Assembly (NCBI GenBank): GCA_002189035.1
Contig: NEEC01000108.1
Location: 1 to 37,439, forward strand
Direction of reading: 5' to 3'
Length of the DNA: 37,439 nucleotides
Source of the DNA: Utricularia gibba
Lineage: Eukaryota; Plantae; Magnoliophyta
Positions 1 to 11,883 of this stretch are shown piece after piece. Both the position numbers and the translations under genes were made by a program. Each line of letters opens with the position of its first letter. Position 1 is the first letter of the stretch. The notes beneath the pieces are model-generated. The model did not search any database, was not told the DNA's origin, and worked only from the letters and a program-made list of their open reading frames with translations.

Positions 1-3000
1 TTGACGCGACAGGTGAAATAGATATTGCATTTGAAGTTCCGGTTTCACTACATGAACAGAGTTTATGAGGTCTCCTGGTGTTTCAACTCTCTTTTACTTA
101 ATTCTGCCATTTTTCTATGGCTAAATGTTGCTCTCTGACTCTTTAGGCAAAGGATTACAAGATAATACTGGAAAGCATGCCTTATGAGTTGAAGAATATG
201 GAATTCACTTCAGAAAAATGCTTTTCATGTGGTAGCATACTTGGCAATGCTCAACCAAGAAAACTTATTGAAATGCCAGGGTATATTTACTGCTATGAAG
301 ATTCTGGGAGCTGCTCTGGTCTCTTTGGGGATAAAGAAAATTTTCTTGAGTTTGAGGAAGGAGAATTTCAATTGCTTTTGCTAACTCACAAGTTTCCTTC
401 TCGGAAGAAGGTATTTTTCTGTGCAAATACATATTATTCAGTCCAGAGTAGATTAGTCTTATTAATTTTTCTTTTCTTCTGCGTCAGTTCAAAAATGTAT
501 CAAATTTATCAGAAGTTTATGCTGAGGCCATACTTCTCCCATGGGATTTAACTGTGACTGTAGATGTGACTTGAATATGAGAAAGAGATGCGCCCCATAT
601 GACTCCACTGCCAACTTTCCAGCATTTAAAAATTGTTCAACCATCCAGAGGTTTAAATCAGAGCGAGATGCAGCTGATGTTTGCTGTTGCAGTTCAAAAG
701 ATGATAAAATTGAATTTGGACGTGCTCATGCTTCTTTTAGCCCTTGCAGTACTTCAAGGACTGTAGGTTCTGTTTCACTCCAAATTCCTCACTAGAACTG
801 CCATGTTCGATTGTTGTGAAACAATCAGAGAGCTGCTTCTTTGGTAGCTTGTTGAGCAACAGTTCAGGCTGTCAACCACTGCGAAGAAGGATGTTGCTGC
901 ACTTTCCTCCGGATGCTTTCTTTATATATGCTGTAAGCTGTGTTTAATTTTACTACTCTTGAGCAGTTCATTGTTTTTCATTACCCAACAAGAACTTCCT
1001 CGACTTTCAGGTGTTGAGAATTGGTGTTTGTTATGTTGTTAAGCTCGAGGAAGTTGGCGTTCCATGTCCAATAAAAGGAAATGCGAATGTCACCAGGCAT
1101 AAATTGTTTCAGCTCAAAAACACATATTTGGAGTGCAACTTTTTCATCATCTGAGACCTGCAAGAATTTTGATTCATGTGGTTCAGTTCCAATTTGCAAA
1201 GCAGAAGCAAGTAGAAAAATTAACATGCTTGGAGGGAGAAAACAACCTAAAAGTTCCTGCCTCACTAGGATTAATGCTGGTTCTGACATTCTTTCAGATG
1301 TAACGATATGTTGCTCCTTGTGCTCTTAGCCTTCTAGCGAGTGCAACTAGTATGGACAGTTGCATCGCAGATCAAACAGATTTTTCTGGTGAAAAACCAT
1401 TCATTTCCAAAGTTAACACCTCCTTGGCACAGGCTTTAGAGACTTCATCGTCCAATGGCCCTTTGCTCAAGGGCAGCCTGGTCACGTTAAGTGGTGCTGT
1501 GGTAGCTTTCCATCACGGCAATGGTGATGCATTGCCTACCGGACATGGTTATGTGGCTCGTGATGGCTTTCCAAGGATGTTCCATGAAAATAATGATCTC
1601 TGTGTCCTTGTTTTGGAAGACCATACTGTGGTATTTTCCTGCACCAACCTGCTTATGTTATTGCCTAACTTGTCTTCATATTCTTACTAGCATTAATATT
1701 TGTAGGTGAACATCGTCTGTAATCTGAGCAAGCAAGCTTACCCTGTAGGATTTGGAAGAGGTGTTCATGCGACCTTTTATCGAGTTCTCGCTCTAGGGTA
1801 TGTAAAATTCGTGATCATAGATAGTGTTTGTTAATTTGAACTTCCACCACTAAGATGCTAGCATTACTAGGACAAGTTGGACTGTGTAATAAAATTCTCT
1901 TGATTTTCTCAGTGAGCAAAACAAGTATATGACGATTCCTGCTTCCTTCATATCATTCAAGATTCCGGCTGATGAGTCCACGTCTGCATCAGAATCTGAT
2001 GCTGCTGCGGCGGCTTCAAATAGTGTATCATCCTTGCTCATATATGATGCACTGAAACTAGCAAAGCATCAACGAGCACAGTTTTGTTGCAGAGTAATTC
2101 ATGCAGAACTCTCATATGATTCAATAAGCGTTTCAATGCAGATTAATTCAATGTGGTGTCTTTGGTTTGAATCTTAGGTGGTGGGGGTTTATGTCGTTGT
2201 GATGGAGGAAGCCAGAGGAACACAAGTTTTCCAAGCAAGTATGCATGCAATGCCATCAGCGATCAGCATCCCCTTAGCCTGTTTCATCATTGGTATATTC
2301 CTTATGGATGCATATAGCAGTGCTTGCAGAGAGGATGACATATCTCTTCTTGTTCCAATGTTCCTTTCCTAGATGACGGTTCAAGCAGGTGTTGTTGTTG
2401 GGTCGACTCCGAGATGGCCGCCACCTTGCTTAAGCTAGACGTGAAACAAGATTCTACAGTAGTTTATGGAAGTTCAAAGGGTGGACAAAACCTGCCTTGC
2501 AGCAGCAGCAGCTTCCTCATTTCCCAACTCAAAAAGATTTTGAAGGAGCACAGGAGAGTAGTAGCAAAGAATCATGAACTCTTCTCTGCCTCTTCATTCC
2601 AATATCTGATGTTCTCGGCTGGCCCAAGTGCGTCAATTAGTTGCTCACATGAAGAAATTCTTTCACGCTTCTTTTCCAGCGCTTCTTCACTCAGCAAAAT
2701 TTGGGTAAGCTAATTTACTTTATCACACAGCTCTCTTGTGATATGTCTCCTTTTTTCACTGTGGACCGAGTTAGAATCTTGTTGCATGATAATGGGTTTT
2801 GTGTGATTGCTGCAGACCATTGTTGGGGAAAGGATCGATCAGAGAACTGCTTTGGTGTTGGACGAGAAATTGGCTGATCTTGGCATGCCAATGCCTCCAA
2901 TGCTGAACATTCGGGCAACCAGCATTTCCCAAACGGATTTGCTCCCTCAAGCCAGGAACATCATTGCAGAACTGATTGCACCCAATCTCACTGTAGGTTA

Positions 3001-3016
3001 CAAGGGACTGCAGTGA
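1..3016 (+). CDS. CTC1: CST complex subunit CTC1-like, 3' part of gene. Approximate exons: <1-69, 147-410, 488-~935, 1011-1627, 1707-1799, 1914-2092, 2178-~2292, ~2373-2706, 2816-3016. About 5 frameshifts in the first 1.3 kb
   Basis: Spliced translation gives motifs I recall from plant CTC1: DATGEID, YE|AKDY, THKFP, YAEAILLPWD, LELPC..RRMLLHF, LRIGVCYVV, THIWSATF, DHT|VN..YPVGFGRGVHATFYRVL, DDGSSRCCCWVDSEMAATLLKL, C-terminal PQARNIIAELI. GT-AG junctions are visible. Identity is from recall only. Confidence 0.75.
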
Positions 3017-3203
3017 TCTTGTCACAAAATCACTACTCCTGATTTCTGTGTACATAACTGTTCATTAGAAACTAGAAAGAACTAGCAGCCTGTTGATTAA
3101 TCTGATGCTGATTCTACTACATGATAAGTACACTGAAGAAGGCATAACAACTGCGCAAGTATTCACATTTATTTCATAGATCAAAAACACCTCTTGATAT
3201 CTG

Positions 3204-3857
3204 TTAAGGTTTCTGGGGCCGTTTCAGTTTGAGAAGATGAGATATACCTGCTACTACATGAAGTCTACTATTGGGAACCCCTGTTTTCGCTAATGCTCTT
3301 CCCTGTTTATCCAGCAGAACAAAGCATGGAACGTACTTGATATCGTAATGTAGGAGCTGCTTCAACACACCAGAAAGGTATCACATTCAATGGCGGCATG
3401 ATGAGAAGTTTGTGTGCAGGACGAAAGTGAAATTTACCTCGGGCAACCATTGATCACTTTCAGCATCAGCGACGACGACGCTGAGCCAGTCAGCATTTCG
3501 ATTTTCGACTTCTTTGACAAACGTCACCAGGGAATTGCAGAGCCTGCAATTGGGGGAGTAGAATTCCAGAACCGTAGCATCTTTCCCACTAGCCAAAGCT
3601 GCGGCTAAAGACCCCTGCTCCTCCTCTGCGCTTGAAAACCGTTTCTGATTCAATGACCGTAAAGGGTTTCCGGTGGAATTCGCGGAACCCAAGAAATTTG
3701 CAGCTGCGACGCCGAGATTCATCAGTGGCTTGAAAAGCCACGGCACGTCCCATGAACACTGATTGGTATTGCTCTTTTCTTGACGACTCCGTTGCTGTTG
3801 AGAATCAGGAAATGGCGATTTGAAGCAGAAAAACGGAGTCTTTGCCGCTGGGTTCAT
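3204..3857 (-). CDS. Thioredoxin-like protein with CRLC active-site motif, probably organelle-targeted. 2 exons (3857-3438, 3356-3204), 190 aa
   Basis: [13 protein letters not shown] CxxC motif. Exon 2 reads [29 protein letters not shown]. Clean GT-AG intron 3437-3357. Ser/Phe/Pro-rich N-terminus resembles a transit peptide. Confidence 0.85.
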
Positions 3858-4261
3858 TCCGGCGTCGGGATTGGAACAAAGGAGAGAATTGGTGAATAGA
3901 AATTAAATCTGGGGCAACATTTTAATTATGGAATAGTACCGTGGCCGAATGAAGTTTTTCAAATTATTATTTTCTCATATTTTTCAATTACACAAATAAC
4001 ATAAAGATTTCCCATTTTTAAAAATAACTTTAATCATCCAAATACATTATTTTAAATTTTAATGGCGTGTCATAAAAAAATATTTTAAAAATAAATATAT
4101 TATACATAAGTAAGTCCTCGTATTAAACGAAATTTAAAAAATATAAAATACTATAACATATTTCAATGTATCATTAATAAATTGCAATAATCATTTTGTA
4201 TAGAAATTGTGCCGACCTTACGTGACCCTACCGGAATGAATACGGACAACACGACTCGTCG

Positions 4262-4325
4262 CCCAAACCCTATCCCGATTTTATCACGACAAAAAAACCC
4301 TAAACCCTAACTAAAAGTGGGCCCC
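4262..4325. promoter_or_regulatory. Telo-box cluster (AAACCCTAAACCCTAA 4295-4310, AAACCCTA near 4265) plus site II/TCP motif TGGGCC
   Basis: Motifs read directly. The telo-box plus site II pairing is an established plant promoter module. Confidence 0.55.
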
Positions 4326-5963
4326 GTTTACTGCGCGGGACCCGCCATCCAAATATACCACTTTGTGCCGTGTTCAACGCACCAACCGGTTGCATGTGCC
4401 TTTCTTGGTGCCCCTCATCCATTCCTATGATCAAAAACCATGAGCTAACCCTCGCTTTGGGATAATATGAACCATCTATTACAAAAGGAATGAATTCTGC
4501 ATAAAAAACATAAATTTCTTAACGATTTCGAATTATTCTATTTTATTAGAAACATTTATTTAGAAAAAATGTAACTTTTTAGATCTCGTTTTTAACATGA
4601 AAAAAGTGTGGATGAAATGGTCAAATGCAGATTCATAAATGTAATATTCATCATTTACTTATATGATATTATCTGCTTTGAACAATCCATTCTTACGATT
4701 TTACAGTTTTCCATCACAAATCTCATTATAAGAGTTTTTTTTTATTTAAATACATTTACTTCATCATCTGTAACTCATGTGAAATTCCATCACAAGTTTC
4801 ATTGCCTTACATTCTCCCCCTCTTAGATGTTCATTATCCTACCATTGGCAAAAGCCCAAATTTAGCTTTGATACTAAATCCTCTTATGATATGCATTATT
4901 CATTAGCAATGATTATAATTACGAACATCATATATATAAATATACATTATGATCAATAATAAAACTACAGTTTCGTGTCTAATTCTTCAAATCATTGTAA
5001 TAATTCTCCTAAATGTTTTGAGACAGTGCAACTACAGTAAAATGCAATCATTGGGTGGGGGGTGAGTAAGCACAAAATAGCGACCCCCGAGACATGTCAC
5101 ATGGTCGAAACGTGACAGTCCATTAAGGAAACAAGTCGACTGTTTGTCTAGGGCTGGTCTGATTCAAGACAAGTGCCCTTCACAAGATTTTTTTACATAT
5201 TAAAGTAAACCACACTTCATGACACGACTCTTGGAGTAAATAATTGATGATGCCTTCGCTCACCTAATCTCCACGCCCGGGTTCATCTTCGCTGCATTAG
5301 GGTTCTATGCTATTGTTCAATAACAAGATCTTAATTTTATGATATGGTGATAATTGATCTTATGTTGTAGTAAAACATGAACTCATCACGTATTTAGGTT
5401 TCGTTAATCTTATAGTTCAAAAAACTATGACTACTCATACCCCAAAAGAGATGACGTATTCGATAAATTGAATAAATGTATATGAAATCTAGATATACAA
5501 TAAACATAAATTATAATTAATACTAATCGAGTCTGAAAGTTAAATGTTTTAATATTATATTAAAATTAAGTATTCAATGGATTGAATTAATATACATGAA
5601 AACTAAATATTTATGAAAAACATAGATCAAAGTTCCAAATATTAGATCTAACTAATTATTAATAATCTATAATTTTTTATATATTTGATGATATCATATT
5701 AATTTTTTAATGTGAAATTGTTTTTCCCTAATATTTAGTACTCATACCCTCGTAATATTATATTGAAAATACAATGATTAATATTTTGTTAAATATCTTA
5801 TATGATCAAACACGTTCAAGTTTTCTCAAATATTTTATTTATGTACAATTAATCCTACCGACACGTAATGACGAGCAAATTAAAATATTGTGGTATGGAC
5901 TACAAACCCTAAAAGAAGCAAAAGGTCACATGCAAGTATTGATTATGACTCAATAGCTATCGT

Positions 5964-6675
5964 TCAGTGAATTCTTAGTAAGAAGATACTGAGTTCTTGA
6001 CCCGAGGCTCCGTCGGGATTGATCATGTGGAACGACTCTGAATTCTTCGATCCAACGACTCGATCGAATCTTGCTCGGACGTATGTTACCTCGCCGTCGA
6101 CGTACTCCTTCTCCGACGGCGGCGGCGGCAGAACTCCGGCGCCCATTGAAATGCCTGCTGGGCAGTGATTAGTGTTCCGGTGTAGTAGCAGATTAGAAGT
6201 GGGATGGGACTCCGGTACCTCTTAGGAGCTTCATGACGTGGGCATCCTCGTCGCTCATCTCCAGCCTTCTAATGGAGTACCCCATCTTCCTGCCATTGCA
6301 GTAAACCTCCCACACGAACTCTTCCAGAAGCTTCCGCTTGTGCGTCCTGGTGTCGGTTTCGAGGGCGATCCGGAGGACATCGGAGGCCATTTCTTTGTGT
6401 AGAAACGTCGTGAGAATGGGAAGTTCGGTCACAAAGATGGGCGATCCTTGAGGATCTTCTTGTATGGCTAATGAGAGCCTCCCCTTCCGGTACCCGTAGA
6501 GCGTCCCGATGGAAGCCTTATCGGTGAGAAGAGGCCGCCGGTGACGGCCGCTGAGGAGGGCCGCAACCTTGTACCCGGCGGAAAGCATGGGAAGCAGCTT
6601 AAACATCCGGAAAATCCCCCCCATCGCCGCCGGCTTCTTCCCGCCACGGAGGCCGCCTCTCCGATTACCTTCCAT
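5964..6675 (-). CDS. MIZU-KUSSEI 1-like (DUF617) protein. 2 exons (6675-6219, 6154-5964), 215 aa
   Basis: GTLYGYRKGRLSLAIQEDP, LRIALET, VYCNGRKMGY, RG|ISMGAGVLP, YVRARFDRVVGSKNSESFHMINPDG..ELSIFLLR. Removing the 64-nt GT-AG intron 6218-6155 gives a 648-nt in-frame CDS. The ORF-track start at 6711 is a TTG; the first ATG is 6675. Confidence 0.9.
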
Positions 6676-9438
6676 GACCTGTTCAGTGAGACTGTGAGTG
6701 GTGAACTGCAACAGGGGGACTATAAATAGGAGAAAGCAAGCAAATTAGTTATGGGTGGGGGCTTGAGGAGAGGCCCAGAGGAAGGCAAGTTGGCTGCCAC
6801 ACCCAAAGGACCCCATTCTCGGCTTTTCCCCCATGGGAAGAAAGCATTTTCACTCCTTATCAGCCTGATGACAAGCTGCCCACACCATTCATTGCGTCGG
6901 GGATGAAAGTCTTCACAAGTTGAGTGGGGAACACCACAGAGGCGGTGAGGGAGATGGATCACGAGTGCATGTTCTGTATCAAAGTTGTGGGGCACTTTGG
7001 AAAATCAGATCCAGGACCACATGAAGGAAGGACAGCCTCAGAAGCGAAGAGAGTTGATGGCGGATGCCTTAAAGAGGAAAAAAGAAGCCATCATCGTGCT
7101 TTCTCCAACCCAGAAAACCCATTTTCAACAATAACACTATTATAACAAACAGTATCACATTTTATCAAGTATATAATAAATTATAAATTACTAATAATTA
7201 ATTGAATTTAATTTTTATTAGACTTCAAGTGTAATAGTCATATTCATCCAATCTTTAATTTTAACAAATCATTCTTAATTTTATTAAAAGCTTAACCTCA
7301 GAAAAAACAAAAATAAGAAAAACTATTTTATTTTTAATAATTAGAAATTCAGTTTTTAATAAAAGGAAGCAACCCATCAAACACAATATTTATTTTAAAT
7401 TTATGAATAAAATTATATCTAATTTTTAATAATTTAAACCCTATCTTCATCTTTAGCTTGTTTCTTGTAACTCATTGGGCCTTCCCAATCTCGGGTAAAA
7501 ATCATCTTAATATCCACGAGCCCAATAACATAATCACGATTATGCCATTGACCTTCATAGCCGTTGACTTTGATATACTTATTTTTTAAAATAATGCAAT
7601 TTCGAGAGTTGGCCTGCATGCCATATACTCTAAAATCATGAATTCAAACTCCAAAATTATGTTCAATTTATTTAAACAATATTTTTTAAATAATATTCGA
7701 AATGTAATTTAAAAAATACTATTCAACCTATTATTATATAATAAATCGGATTTTATCTTGTCTTGCAACCATTGGTCGTAGGTCACACGAGAGCGACCTG
7801 TCACGTGCGTTGGTCTGATAAGTTCACATGAAAATTCTTGTAAGACTTGGGCTTTACTCTTCTTACCTCCTCCACAAGCATCTCCTCTTGACCCCCACTT
7901 TTCCATTTCTTTTTTATTGGAGAAAAATGCTGTAATTTTTTTAATTAAATTTTATCAGTGATTAATCTCCCATAATCATTCATGCAACTATGCAGCTTTT
8001 GCCGCCAAGGTTAAAATAATTAAAAAATTAGAAATTAATCAGGAGATTAGTAGTGTTTAGTTAATTATAATTAATTAATTAGTTATATTTAAGTTCATCA
8101 TTATCTTAATCGGAAAGTGGGATGCGGTTGCTTGGTTGGACACAAAAATCTCAACACATTACGCAATGGAAATGCGTTTATTATTTTAATTTATAATAAT
8201 AATAATAGCGTTGAACAGTGTTTTTATTTTTTGTGGGGCCCGGTTAAGACGACCAACAGCTATTGGATAGAGTTCAAACATTCAATTCCAGTTAATTGAT
8301 TTCTTTATTTATTTATAATATTTAAAAAATAAATAAATTTGGTTGGATATTTGAAATTCGAAAATGTTTCGAATTAATTAAAAAAATTGGTAATATTTTG
8401 TTTTGGAATGGGAAAAAAACATCGTGAATAGTATACTCGAGGATTTTATATTTAGAGAAAAAAAAAAAAAGATGTGCAAAATGGTTTTCCTCACGTTTTT
8501 CATGATGAGCACCAACTTAAACGTACATCCGTCTTCTTTCTTTCATCTGATGATGTGATAGTAAGATATTTTCTTAATTTATTATTAAATATTATTAGTA
8601 GAAATCGAGATGGATGAGTTTGAGTGAACGACGTTTTACTACAAGACCACGATATAAAGTATATATACTTTAAGATTTTTTTATAGTGATTCTGTTTAAT
8701 TTTAGTTATCTTATATTAAAGTTAAAAATATAAATTTTGAAATAAGTTTATAAATTAATGAATTTCTTAAATATATATTTTAATAATTAAGTAAAAAAAT
8801 TAATACATAAATTATATTATTCAATTTTAGACATCTTTAAAATATATATTATACTATTAAATTTTATATTATGCATTTTATAATACTTTACAAGATAGAT
8901 TTATATTATCAAAACTGATTTTATTTTATATAATTTAAAATATATCTTCAAGTTTTAGAAGAATCGTTTTATTTGCCAAATTTATGTTTTAAAAATCAAT
9001 GATAATAAAGTATATAATTGATATTTACTATTAATTATTACTCTTCTAAACATATGTATTAGATATAATATTATTTTTTATATATCAAATAAATTTTCAA
9101 TTTTAATCGTATTTATATAAGCACCGTTAATTCAAATGTCTCCTAATATGATTTCGAAGATTCGAGTTGTAATTTTTTTTATCAGAGAAAAAATGTATGA
9201 TTGATAAGCATGGAAAAGATTGTATTAAAATGGATGGTTGAATTAGGGTTTGATAATTCCGGGTCCAAGACATTCTCCCTACGGATGGAACTCAGCATCT
9301 GAATCAAACCCCAACATCTTCAAGAATATGCAGCCAGCAGCCGCCACCCGAGTTGCTTCTCTTGACAGTGTGTCGGAAGTTTCCTCATGAGCAAAAAAAT
9401 ATGTATCTTGGTCTCCCTGCCCGCCGGCCACTTCTTTC

Positions 9439-9445
9439 TATAAAT
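9439..9445 (+). promoter_or_regulatory. TATA box of the patatin gene
   Basis: CTATAAAT about 80 nt upstream of ATG 9523. Confidence 0.55.
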
Positions 9446-9522
9446 GTCTCCTCAGCCCATGCAGGCTGCAGCACCGATTGGAATCCATACAGACAGACAT
9501 CAGTCAACAAAGCTTCCTGAGA

Positions 9523-11159
9523 ATGGTAAACGGCTACCCTTCGACCCCGAGACTCATCACGGTTCTGAGCATCGACGGAGGGGGTGTTCGCGGCATCATT
9601 CCGGCGACCATCTTGGAGTTCCTTGAGCACCAGCTTCAGGTATGCGGAGGATGGATACATGATGGATCATTTTGTTATTTGGAACTGAGATGTTGTGTGT
9701 GTTTAGGAACTGGATGGGAGAGATGCGAGGCTGGCGGATTACTTCGATGTCATCTCCGGGACGAGCACCGGTGGCCTGGTAGCGACTATGCTGACGGCGC
9801 CGGACGAGAACAACCGCCCTCTCTTTGCGGCTAAGGACATCGTGCCTTTCTATCTTGAGAACTGCCCCAAGATATTTCCTCAGAGACGGTGGGTACTATC
9901 AGAGTTGTGCTCATGGTTCTTTTTGTTACTGCTGCTGATAGGCTGATCGGAAAAGTTCATTGTGATGCAGTTGCCTCAACTGGCTCAAGCCCTTTGTTGG
10001 TCCGAAGTATGATGGAAAATACCTTCACAAGCTCGTGAGAAGAATTCTGGGAAACACTCGATTGTGTGAAACTGTAACGAATCTCGTGATTCCAGCCTTC
10101 GACATCAAGAACTTGCAGCCCACGATCTTCTCTTCGTTCCAGGTCCGACTTTGCGACCCTCGTCCTCGATCATCATGTCGAGAAACAGCACACATGTTAA
10201 TGGTCTGATTGATTTCATGTATGCAGGTGCGGAAGAACCCTCGTATTGATGCTCAGTTGGCAGACATATGCATCGCCACATCCGCAGCTCCCACATACTT
10301 ACCAGCTCACTACTTCACCACTAGGGACGCTGAGGGCAACCTCCATGACTTCCATCTCATCGACGGCGGAGTCGCGGCGAACAATCCGGTAGGGTGATGT
10401 TCATCAGTATGCATTGAGGCTCATCGCTGTTTTGATGATGAATTTGTTTTAATACCTTTTGTTTTCCTTCACAGACCTTAGTTGCTATCAACCAAGTCTC
10501 CAAACAAATCTTCGAATCGAACCCGGATTTCTTCCCATTAATGCCGATAGAGATGACACGATTCTTGGTCATCTCCATCGGCACAGGCTCCCCGAAACAA
10601 GCGAGGTGTCTGACCGCTAGGAAAGCGTCCAAATGGGGCGTTTTTGGATGGCTGCTCCCCATTGTTAATGTCTTCTGCCAAGCAAGTGCAGACATGGTGG
10701 ATCTCCATATCTCGGTGGTCTTTGAAGCCTTTCGATCCCAGGAAAACTACCTCAGGATCCAAGTGAGTAGCAGCATAAGCTAAACAACACAGAATGTGTA
10801 ACAGTATATTGAGTTTGATATAAGAACATGAATTGTATGAATCGCAGGAAGACAATCTGATTGGTGGAGAGGCATCAGTTGATCAAGCAACGAAATCTAA
10901 CCTGAAAAAGTTGATAGAAATTGGGAAGAATCTGCTGAAGAAACCAGTTTCAAGGGTAAATCTTGAGACTGGTGTGTTTGAGCCTGTTAAAGGCCATGGT
11001 AGTAATGAAGAAGCTCTAACCAGGTACCAATTTTAAATATTGATTAGCAGTTTCCTTTTCAAAACAAAATGATGTTGATTAACTTTGATTATTCTTTTTT
11101 GCAGGTTTGCAAAACTGCTTTCTGAGGAGAGGAAGATGAGGCAGTCAATGCCCCAATAA
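9523..11159 (+). CDS. Patatin-like phospholipase A / lipid acyl hydrolase (pPLAII group), 7 exons
   Basis: [10 protein letters not shown], catalytic [21 protein letters not shown], catalytic [21 protein letters not shown]-terminal [10 protein letters not shown]. Six short GT-AG introns. Stop TAA at 11157-11159. Confidence 0.93.
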
Positions 11160-11358
11160 CTCAAGCAGATTGCAGATTCTATTTGTTAAATTGATTCTTT
11201 GGTCTTTTAGCTGTTTCTTTGTCCTTTCATTCTTTGTAACCATTCAATGACACATCTCTTGTAAATACTTCAGAATAATACAGGAACATCTTTCAACTCT
11301 TTGAGCTTGTTACTGTATATGCAAAGGACGAAATATAAGTAAACATCACTCCACTACT

Positions 11359-11883
11359 TCAAAGCTCGACAATGGCATCAATAAACAACCGAATTTTAAG
11401 GGAGCAAGATCCACAAGGAAGAACGATGGAGGCTTGCATTGTGGACGGGGTTTGTAAAGAAAGCTTCCCACTAGACATTGAAATCTTGTACCCCATCTCA
11501 GTTAACATGTAGGAGTCGATGGAGAAGAAGTCACCGCATCTACAAGGGTACCCGAGTTCGAAGCCGGTATCGACTTCTTGGATATCCATATCAGCTAAGT
11601 TGATGTCTTCCGATGTCATGGCATCTTGTCTCAGATTTCTCAGCTCCATGTCATACAGTGCACGGGAAGCTGGGTTGCTGAGGATTTCCCAAGCCTTCTG
11701 CACCTCCAAGAATTGGTTGTTTAACTCTGAAGAGGGGGTTTTGGATGGCTTTTGAAGCTTGTCTGGATGGGAAGTGAGAATGGCTGATCGGTAAGTTCTA
11801 CGCAGCTCTTCTTGGTCAGCATCTTCCCTCGCACCTATGATCTCATAGTGGGTTCTCCCACTGAGCCCTTTGTGCACTAACAT
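11359..11883 (-). CDS. DPH4: DPH4 homolog (J-domain plus CSL zinc finger), single coding exon, 174 aa. Inferred 5'UTR introns 12425-12237 and 12173-11887
   Basis: THYEIIG..HPDK J-domain, FLEVQKAWEILS, YPCRCGDFF..LPCGSCSLKIRL zinc finger. ATG at 11883 follows a CAG acceptor. Confidence 0.88.
   Translation of the reverse strand: MLVHKGLSGRTHYEIIGAREDADQEELRRTYRSAILTSHPDKLQKPSKTPSSELNNQFLEVQKAWEILSNPASRALYDMELRNLRQDAMTSEDINLADMDIQEVDTGFELGYPCRCGDFFSIDSYMLTEMGYKISMSSGKLSLQTPSTMQASIVLPCGSCSLKIRLFIDAIVEL

Noticed and set aside
4290-4315. CTAAACCCTAA as a telomerase RNA template, tempting because CTC1 is nearby
   Set aside because: There is no USE/TATA upstream on the + strand, a TTTT run precedes it, and it sits beside site II. 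It is an ordinary telo-box.
8070-8125. Minus-strand ATCCCACTTTC followed by TAAATATA
   Set aside because: Three mismatches to the USE, and the downstream sequence is low-complexity AT with no structure.
8502-8550. ATGATGA...CTGA resembling a box C/D snoRNA, with GTCTTCTTTC complementary to a 25S rRNA stretch
   Set aside because: Only 49 nt from box C to box D, and the complementary stretch is not adjacent to box D.
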